A stretch of 64,000 bases of DNA, from NCBI GenBank assembly GCA_031425695.1, contig JANPJV010000076.1:3261-67260 (forward strand). The letters run 5' to 3'. Made by a program: the position numbers and the translations under genes. Positions 57,462 through 64,000 of this stretch are shown one piece after another (the stretch's first letter is position 1; every line of letters begins with the position of its first letter). The stretch comes from Rhodanobacteraceae bacterium. Its GTDB lineage: Bacteria > Pseudomonadota > Gammaproteobacteria > Xanthomonadales > SZUA-5. A model generated the notes under the pieces. That model did no database searches. It saw nothing but the letters and a program-made list of their open reading frames with translations, and had not been told where the DNA came from.

Positions 57462-57923
57462 TCAAGGCATCGACCGAGTGTGCCCACGGGCCGGCTCGAC
57501 TTGATTCGCGTCGATTTCCCCGGCGCCGCTTTGGCGCAGCGCGCCCACTTCGCCGCGCAAGCTCAGGATCTCGGTGCGCAGTTGGCCGATGGCATGCAGG
57601 AGGTCGCGCTCGATCTGGCGTTCTTCGGCCTGCACGAACATCGCGGCCACCGAGGCCGTGACCAGTGAGAGCACGGCCAATCCCAGCAGGACGACGAGCA
57701 CCGAAAACACACGCGATGCGAACGTGGTCGGGACGATGTCGCCGTAGCCCACCGTGGCGGCGGTGGTAAACGCGAGCCACAGGCCATCGCCGAAGCTTTG
57801 CGCGCTCGGCTCGATCAGCCAGAAACCCAGCCCGCCCAGCCCGAGGATCAACAGGCACAGGAGCAGCGGGTAGACCAGTCCGTTGCGGGTAATCAGGCGC
57901 TTGCGGTGCGGTGATCGTTTCAT
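57462..57923 (-). CDS. two-TM potassium channel
   Basis: Has the selectivity filter TVGYGD flanked by two TM helices, and a C-terminal coiled coil. Confidence 0.85.
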   Translation of the reverse strand: MKRSPHRKRLITRNGLVYPLLLCLLILGLGGLGFWLIEPSAQSFGDGLWLAFTTAATVGYGDIVPTTFASRVFSVLVVLLGLAVLSLVTASVAAMFVQAEERQIERDLLHAIGQLRTEILSLRGEVGALRQSGAGEIDANQVEPARGHTRSMP

Positions 57924-57957
57924 CTGCCGACGCTATGCGCCCAGGCGCATGAGCATT

Positions 57958-57971
57958 GTGATCCAGGTCAA
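57958..57971. promoter_or_regulatory. FNR-like box (minus-strand reading TTGACctggATCAC) upstream of the K+ channel
   Basis: One mismatch in the right half-site. The centre lies exactly 41.5 bp upstream of the channel ATG. Confidence 0.55.
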
Positions 57972-58141
57972 TTCGCGACCAAGCCGCGACCCCGGCGGGC
58001 CGGTGGCGCGCGTCGCGGCTTGAAGCCCTCGGAAAGTGACGTGGTAAGGGACAGGTCCTGACCATCCGGGTGCCGGAAGTTTTAAATATGCGCGTCAGGG
58101 TCTGAACGCCATGGCGGCTCAAGCGGGCGACCAGCCGTGAG

Positions 58142-58155
58142 TTGACCTCGATCAT
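58142..58155. promoter_or_regulatory. FNR box TTGACctcgATCAT upstream of the phosphoketolase-family gene
   Basis: The centre lies exactly 41.5 bp upstream of an in-frame ATG at 58190. Confidence 0.6.
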
Positions 58156-58372
58156 CTGGTCCATCCATTGGTTGCACTAAAGTGCCCGCATGTCTCGACG
58201 CCTGCGTCGGAGCAGGAAGGCTGCGATGCTTTTCCCGGCTCGCCGAAGAACCAGAACATCGCGGCCTTGGCTGCTGCCACAACTTCTCCCATCGGATTCC
58301 TCGCCGATCGCTGCGCGACATGACGCCGATAGCGGGATGTTCGAACTACTTTCCCCAGGATCGAGGAATTCC

Positions 58373-60901
58373 ATGACCGCAGCATCGGTGAGCGAGCACG
58401 TCGACACGCACGTCAGCGCGGCGACCAGTGACGATCTGCCTCCCGCCGTGCGGGTCGAGCTCGCGCACCGCGCCGCGCAACTGCGTGCGGCTGACGCGGT
58501 CTTTGCGTCCTGGGCGGCGGGCTACGGGTTGATCCAGCACGATGTGCTGACGCAAGTGCGTGTGTATTCGATGGTCCGAAGACTGGTCACCGACAACCAG
58601 GTCGTCGATGCTGCCACCGCCTATGCGCGGCTTTCCGCCGCCGATCGCGTGGCCAGTGCCGGCATGTGGCTGGTCGCGCACATGAGCTATGCCCAGCGTG
58701 TCCGGCTGGACGGGGGGCCGCTGGTGGCGGGGGACTTCAAGGCGAATCCCGAGGGTCACACCGGCGGTGCGCTCAACATGGTGCCGGCTTACGTCGCCTA
58801 TCTCGCCATGAACGCGCTCGACGGCCGCACGCGCAGCTGGATGATGGGGCAGGGCCATTGCGTGGCTGCTATCGATGCGCTCAACGTGCTGGTCGGCAAC
58901 CTGCATCCGGAACAGGCAGCCCGCTACCCGATGGACGACGCCGGACTCTCGCAACTGGCGTCGGATTTCTACGGTTACGCGATTGGCGCGGACGGCATGC
59001 CGTCTGCACCGCTCGGTAGCCACGTGAACGCGCATACCGCCGGGGGCACGCAGGAAGGCGGATATCTTGGCTTCACCGAGCTGCACTACGTGCATGCGCC
59101 ATTGCCCGGTGAGCGCCTGGTAGCCTTTCTCAGCGACGGCGCCTTCGAAGAACAGCGCGGCAGCGACTGGGCGCCTCGCTGGTGGCGGCCTGAGGACTCC
59201 GGAATGGTCGCGCCGATCATGATCTTGAACGGTCGTCGCATCGAACAACGGACGCTGATCGAGCAGCAGGGTGGCGAATCGTGGTTGCACCGACACCTGG
59301 AGCTCAACGGCTTCGAGGTTTTTGGCCTGGATGGGCGCGATCCGGCGAGCATGGCCTGGGGCATCCATGCAATGGAGGCGCGCCTGGGCGAACGCATTGC
59401 TGCAGTGCTGGCGGGGCGGCCGGATCCGACGCGTCGGCTCGGCTATGGCATTGCCGAGACCATCAAGGGTTTCGGGTTGCCCGGCGCGGGTGGTAATCGC
59501 GCCCACAACCTGCCGCTCGGTGGTAATCCGTCAAAGGATGTTGCTGCGCTGGAGGAGTTCAACGGCGCGGTCGCGCGCCTGCATGTTCCGGCGGTGGAGC
59601 TGCGCGCGGCGATCGTGGACCTGGCGACGCACGCCGAGCAGGCGCGGTCACTGGAGCGCGATCACGCGCTGGGCCGGCGTGACGTGGCAAGCCCGCATCT
59701 GCCAGCGCTCGAAGACGCGTCGAGCGCAAGCGATGGTTCGCCGATGGCCGCCCTCGATGTGCGCTTCAGCGCGATCCTGGCTGCCAACCGTCACTTGCGG
59801 GCGCGCATCGGCAACCCCGATGAGTTGCGCAGCAATCGGCTCGACCACACGCTCGACCTGCTGAAGCACCGGGTGTTCGAACCCGAGGCCGGCGTTGCCG
59901 AAGCGCGCGGCGGCGGCGTCATCACCGCCCTGAACGAAGAGGCCGTGGCATGCGCGGCACTGGGTAACAAAGGTGGCATCAACCTGGTCGTGACCTACGA
60001 GGCCTTCGCCCCGAAGATGCTCGGAGCGTTGCGCCAGGAAATCACGTTCGCGCGCCAGCAGCGGCAGGTCGGGCGCGCGCCGGGCTGGCTGTCAGTGCCG
60101 GTCGTGCTCACCTCGCACACCTGGGAAAACTCCAAAAACGAAGTCTCGCACCAGGATCCGACCCTGGCCGAGGCGCTGCTAGGCGAAATGGCCGACAGCG
60201 TCTCGGTGGTGTTTCCGCCCGATGCCAACGCCACGGTCGCGGCCCTCGATCACGCGTACAGCTCGCATGGGCGCATCGTGGCGATGGTCGTGCCCAAACG
60301 TGCCGTCGCCCATCGGCTGACTGTTGCGCAGGCGCAGGCGCTCGCGTCGCAAGGGGCGTTGACACTGATTCCGGCAACCGCAGCGGAGCAAGCACCGCGC
60401 CATCATGGCGCGGGCATCAGCGCGCCGCAGTTGCTGCTCGCGGCCAGCGGCGCCTACCAGTTGGCCGCAGCTGTGCGCGCGCATGCGCGCCTCAGCGAGC
60501 GTGGTATCCGCTGCGCGCTCATCGTGATCGGCGAGCCGGGGCGCCTGCGCACTCCGCGCGACGCGCTCGAAGCGCGCCACGTGCTCGATGATGCGGCGCT
60601 CGAGGAAATCTTCCCCACAGGCGTGCCGCGAGTGTTCATCACCCATACCCGCCCGGAGCCCTATCTCGGCGCGTTGCGGCGCATCGACAGCGGCCCGCAG
60701 ACGACGCGTGCACTTGGCTATATCAACCGCGGCGGCACGCTCACCGTCGACGGCTTGCTGTTCGCCAATCGCTGCAGCTGGGGACATGTGGTCGAGGCGG
60801 CGGGTGCGGTGCTGGGTCTTTCCAGCAGCAGCCTGCTCCGTCCCGACGAGCTGGCCGCGGTCCGCGGTGAGGGCGACCCAACGGTGTTGTGGCGAAGCTG
60901 A
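58373..60901 (+). CDS. phosphoketolase-family (TPP-dependent) enzyme, divergent
   Basis: The pattern FKANPEGHTGGALNMVPAYVAY...MMGQGHCVAAIDALNVLVGN...YPMDDAGLSQLASDF parallels the XFP N-domain (GHWGT..., GPGHGGPA...). The C-terminus reads LGYINRGGTLTVDGLLFAN. ATG 58373 follows AGGATCGAGGAA; the frame is open from 58190. Confidence 0.6.
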   Translation: MTAASVSEHVDTHVSAATSDDLPPAVRVELAHRAAQLRAADAVFASWAAGYGLIQHDVLTQVRVYSMVRRLVTDNQVVDAATAYARLSAADRVASAGMWLVAHMSYAQRVRLDGGPLVAGDFKANPEGHTGGALNMVPAYVAYLAMNALDGRTRSWMMGQGHCVAAIDALNVLVGNLHPEQAARYPMDDAGLSQLASDFYGYAIGADGMPSAPLGSHVNAHTAGGTQEGGYLGFTELHYVHAPLPGERLVAFLSDGAFEEQRGSDWAPRWWRPEDSGMVAPIMILNGRRIEQRTLIEQQGGESWLHRHLELNGFEVFGLDGRDPASMAWGIHAMEARLGERIAAVLAGRPDPTRRLGYGIAETIKGFGLPGAGGNRAHNLPLGGNPSKDVAALEEFNGAVARLHVPAVELRAAIVDLATHAEQARSLERDHALGRRDVASPHLPALEDASSASDGSPMAALDVRFSAILAANRHLRARIGNPDELRSNRLDHTLDLLKHRVFEPEAGVAEARGGGVITALNEEAVACAALGNKGGINLVVTYEAFAPKMLGALRQEITFARQQRQVGRAPGWLSVPVVLTSHTWENSKNEVSHQDPTLAEALLGEMADSVSVVFPPDANATVAALDHAYSSHGRIVAMVVPKRAVAHRLTVAQAQALASQGALTLIPATAAEQAPRHHGAGISAPQLLLAASGAYQLAAAVRAHARLSERGIRCALIVIGEPGRLRTPRDALEARHVLDDAALEEIFPTGVPRVFITHTRPEPYLGALRRIDSGPQTTRALGYINRGGTLTVDGLLFANRCSWGHVVEAAGAVLGLSSSSLLRPDELAAVRGEGDPTVLWRS

Positions 60902-61031
60902 TCGGCCAGGCGTGCCGTGCGCGTTTAGACTTGCAACTCCATGTTGATCGCGGGCCACGGCTGGCGGTCAGGCGCGCGACCAGGCTGGCGAGGTGGCAGA
61001 TGCGAGCTCATCCGGAATTTCGGCACACGCA

Positions 61032-61571
61032 ATGAGTCATCGTTTCGAAGCGAAACTGCTGCGTCCCGAGGCAATGGGGAAAGACGTGCCCTGGGCCTTT
61101 GTCGTGCTGCCGAAAACTGTGAGCGCCGAGCTTCCTCGGCGCGGCAGGACGACCATCGAGGGCACCATCAATGACTGCGGCTTCGAATGCACGCTGGAGC
61201 CCGATGGCCAGTTGAGCCATTGGCTGAGGTTGGACGACACCCTCCTGCAAGCCGCCGGCGCGCGCATTGGCGATTCCGCGACGTTCCAGATCAGGCCGGT
61301 CGAGCAGGAGCCGGAGCCGGCGCTTCCAGCAGATCTCGGCAAGGCGCTGTCGTCATCGCCGCAAGCCACCGCGATGTGGGACGACACGACCACGATCGCG
61401 CGCCTGGACTGGATCCATTGGATCACGTCCGCGAAGCAGGCCAAGACCCGTGCACAGCGCGTACAGAACGCCTGCGAGATGCTTGCGTCCGGGAAACGCA
61501 GGGTCTGCTGTTTTGATCCGTCGGGCTACTACAGCAAGGCTTTCAGCGCGCCAAAGGCAGCCGACCAGTGA
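61032..61571 (+). CDS. DUF1905 / YdeI-like domain protein
   Basis: MSHRFEAKLLRPEAMGKDVPWAFVVLPKTVS (DUF1905-like) is followed by a C-terminal ...IHWITSAKQAKTRAQRV (YdeI/OmpD-associated-like). Confidence 0.6.
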   Translation: MSHRFEAKLLRPEAMGKDVPWAFVVLPKTVSAELPRRGRTTIEGTINDCGFECTLEPDGQLSHWLRLDDTLLQAAGARIGDSATFQIRPVEQEPEPALPADLGKALSSSPQATAMWDDTTTIARLDWIHWITSAKQAKTRAQRVQNACEMLASGKRRVCCFDPSGYYSKAFSAPKAADQ

Positions 61572-61713
61572 TGCACGGAGCTGATCCGCGGGCATTGGCA
61601 GCGAGAGACGGACTATCTCACCGCGGTTGCCGGCACCGCCCGAGAGCAGTGGGTTGCGGGGCTCCGGCTGGAGGGCGGCGGCCAGCGCCGCCCTCCAGAC
61701 TATCTGCGGGAAT

Positions 61714-62187
61714 CTACCAATCGCCGCCTTCGAGACTTGCGACGCCGTTATCGATGATCACGCGCGAGCCTTCGCGGATGCCGTTCAAGCGATACTGCTC
61801 GAACGTCACGTAGCGGCCGTTGTCCATCCGCACCGAGATCTCGTAGACCTCTTCATTGTCGCGATTGCGCTCGATGTTGTTGCCGGCCACGCCGCCAATC
61901 ACGGCACCGGCGACGGTGGCGGCCCTGCGGCCATCTCCCTTGCCGAATTGATTGCCGATGGCGCCGCCGACCAATGCCCCGACCACCGCGCCGCCACCAC
62001 TCGTGCGGCGGTCGCCGTAGCTCACGCGATTGATGTCCTGGACGGTGCCGCAGGAATCACAGCGCTGCGCCTGGCCATAGCCACGCGGACCCGTGTCATA
62101 GGCGCTGCTGTAATAGCCGGAATCAGTGGCGCAGCCGCCAAGGGCGAGTGCAAAAGTGCTGATCAACAACGTGCTTTTAAAATTCAT
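61714..62187 (-). CDS. glycine-zipper outer-membrane lipoprotein (SlyB / 17 kDa antigen-like)
   Basis: Has the lipobox LALGGC and the glycine zipper GGGAVVGALVGGAIGNQFG...AGAVIGGVAGNN. Confidence 0.8.
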   Translation of the reverse strand: MNFKSTLLISTFALALGGCATDSGYYSSAYDTGPRGYGQAQRCDSCGTVQDINRVSYGDRRTSGGGAVVGALVGGAIGNQFGKGDGRRAATVAGAVIGGVAGNNIERNRDNEEVYEISVRMDNGRYVTFEQYRLNGIREGSRVIIDNGVASLEGGDW

Positions 62188-62420
62188 GGTTGTCTCCCAA
62201 TCGACGTTAGTACGGAGGGAGCTGCAAGCTTCGGGCCACTCGGTGCCCGAGTGGGTTCATACAACCTATTGAATATAAAGGTTAATCCGCAATTCAGGAT
62301 AGTCTGGCGGTGCAGCCTGCATGAGCTGCACCGCAGGCGGCTTGCACAATGCGCGAACGCTCATCCCTGGAATGAGCGGTCGCGAATCAGGACGGTTGAA
62401 CGTCGGCCGAGGGCATCGGC

Positions 62421-64000
62421 TCAGCCGGGGCCCGGTTCGGCGTCGGTGGGCGCACTCTCACCTTTGTCCCCGACCGGGAAGGCGCGATCGCGCAGCAGCG
62501 CGTCGATGGTTGCGTCGCGGCCGCGGAAGGCTCGATAGGCTTCTGCCGGATCGGTCTTGTTGCGTGCGGCGAACAACTGCTCGACCATCTTTCCGGCGAG
62601 CTCCTTGTCGTAGAAGCCACCCGGCGCTTGCGCAAAGGCTTCGGAGGCATCGGCGGTCAGCACTTCGGCCCACAGGTAGCCGTAGTAACCCGCGGCGTAG
62701 CCTTCGCTCGAGAAGACATGGCTGAAGTGCGGGGTGCGATGGCGCATGACGATCTGGCTCGGCATGCCCATCGCGGTGAGCGTATCGCGCTCGAAGGCGT
62801 CGGCATCCAGGTTCGTCGGATCGATCATGTGCAGCTTGAGATCGATCAGTGCGCTGGCGAGATACTCGGTGGTGTCGAAGCCCTGGTTGAAGCTCGCCGA
62901 GCGCTTCAGTTTGTCGATGAGCTCGGCCGGCATCGGCTCGCCGGTCTTGACGTGGCGGAAGAACTGATTGACCACGGGTTCGGTGAGCAACCAGCGCTCT
63001 AGCAGCTGCGACTGGAACTCGGTGTAGTCGCGCACGCCGAAGTTCTGGCTCGGATAGTCGGCCTTCGACGCCAGCGCATGCAGGGCATGGCCGAACTCGT
63101 GGAAGAAGGTGACGGCGTCGTCCCAGCCGACCAGCAATGGCTCGCCCGGCGCACCCTTGATGAAGTTCGAATTGTTGCTGGACAGCACGCTCGGCTCGCC
63201 GCGCACGCGCTCGTGGTTGCGGTAGCTCGACGCCCACGCGCCCGAGCGCTTGCCTTCGCGCGCAAACGGATCGAGGTACCAGAGCCCGACCAGCTTGCCG
63301 TCGGCACGCTGCTTCACCTCCCAGACCTTGACGTCGGGGTGGTAGACGGCGACGGTGCCGTCTGGGACCGGGGTGAAGTCGAAGCCGAACAGCTCGCCGG
63401 CAACGTAGAACATCGCCTGGGTGAGCTTGTCGAGATCGAGATAGTTCTTCACCGCTTCGCTGTCGTAGGCATAACGCTCGGTGCGGACCTTCTCGGCGTA
63501 GAAGCGGTAATCCCACGGCTCGATGGTGATCTTCGCGCCCTCGGCGTCGGCGATCTTCTGCATGTCGGCAACTTCTTCCTTGACCCTCGCGACCGCCGGT
63601 GTCCACACCGCCTCCAGCAACTCGAAGGCACGCGCAGGCGTCTTCGCCATGCGGTCCTGCAGGCGCCATTCGGCGTAGTTGTCGAATCCGAGCAGGCGCG
63701 AGCGCTCGTGGCGGAGCTTCAGGATTTGCGTGATCAACGCATTGTTGTCATGCGCGTCGCCGTTGTCGCCACGGCTGTAGAAGGTGCGCCAGACTTTTTC
63801 GCGCAGGTCGCGCTCGGTCGAATAGGTCAGGAACGGGTGGATCGAGGAGCGCGTATTCATCACCGCGAACTTGCCCTGCTGGCCCTTGGCTTCAGCAATC
63901 GATGCGGCCGCTTTCGTGAAGGAATCTGGGAGGCCGCCGAGCTGGCTCGGCTCGAGGTAGGTCACATAGCCTTCTTCGTCCGCGAGCACGTTGTTCGCGA
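62421..64000 (-). CDS. dcp: M3-family peptidyl-dipeptidase (Dcp-like), N-terminus outside the window
   Basis: Has the zinc motif FFHEFGHALH and M3 C-terminal conservation. The reading frame is open to the window end. Confidence 0.8.
   Translation of the reverse strand, partial: ANNVLADEEGYVTYLEPSQLGGLPDSFTKAAASIAEAKGQQGKFAVMNTRSSIHPFLTYSTERDLREKVWRTFYSRGDNGDAHDNNALITQILKLRHERSRLLGFDNYAEWRLQDRMAKTPARAFELLEAVWTPAVARVKEEVADMQKIADAEGAKITIEPWDYRFYAEKVRTERYAYDSEAVKNYLDLDKLTQAMFYVAGELFGFDFTPVPDGTVAVYHPDVKVWEVKQRADGKLVGLWYLDPFAREGKRSGAWASSYRNHERVRGEPSVLSSNNSNFIKGAPGEPLLVGWDDAVTFFHEFGHALHALASKADYPSQNFGVRDYTEFQSQLLERWLLTEPVVNQFFRHVKTGEPMPAELIDKLKRSASFNQGFDTTEYLASALIDLKLHMIDPTNLDADAFERDTLTAMGMPSQIVMRHRTPHFSHVFSSEGYAAGYYGYLWAEVLTADASEAFAQAPGGFYDKELAGKMVEQLFAARNKTDPAEAYRAFRGRDATIDALLRDRAFPVGDKGESAPTDAEPGPG

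Noticed and set aside
57455-57468. Zero-gap convergent gene ends: dps stop at 57461 and K+ channel stop at 57462. Likewise the kinase stop at 54101 and the Crp/Fnr stop at 54102.
   Set aside because: This is noteworthy only as compact gene packing. No hairpin or other structure is present, and nothing suggests function beyond possible transcriptional interference.

Overview
High-GC proteobacterial chromosome segment. Gene content and REP style suggest a Xanthomonadales/Lysobacterales-like gammaproteobacterium, but that is inference only. Bases 1-2473 are the right end of an integrated element: a tyrosine integrase plus small cargo ORFs, with no tRNA visible next to it. Most of the rest is one large low-oxygen and denitrification gene neighbourhood. 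It holds hemN-fnr, a quinol NO reductase, nnrS, and a nirK (cytochrome c fusion)-nirV-SCO-azurin cluster with a divergent alginate-export-type porin. It also holds ccoNOQP plus ccoGHIS, a GAF histidine kinase, and a P2-type cation ATPase. The 50.5-61 kb block carries three universal stress protein genes (two of them tandem-domain), a response regulator and hybrid kinase, a second Crp/Fnr regulator, dps, a K+ channel and a phosphoketolase-family gene. I read at least 13 FNR-type boxes (TTGAY-N4-RTCAA) in front of these units. The middle of the window (35-50 kb) holds two TerC-containing operons that share an about 82 bp upstream element, an NhaR-like LysR regulator, kup and an Mla/MCE-type ABC system. 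The main non-standard observations follow. Several palindromic REP/REPIN-like families sit in frame inside coding sequence of ccoQ, ccoG, ccoH, ccoI, ccoS and nirV. A 60 bp tandem array lies between norZ and nnrS. A 272 bp MITE-like insertion splits a PAS-GGDEF gene. There are decayed fragments of a USP gene and of a phosphoketolase paralog. Three FNR boxes are centred exactly 41.5 bp upstream of an ATG, which suggests leaderless mRNAs. No rRNA, tRNA or CRISPR was found. All family calls rest on motifs read by eye in the supplied translations; no database search was possible.
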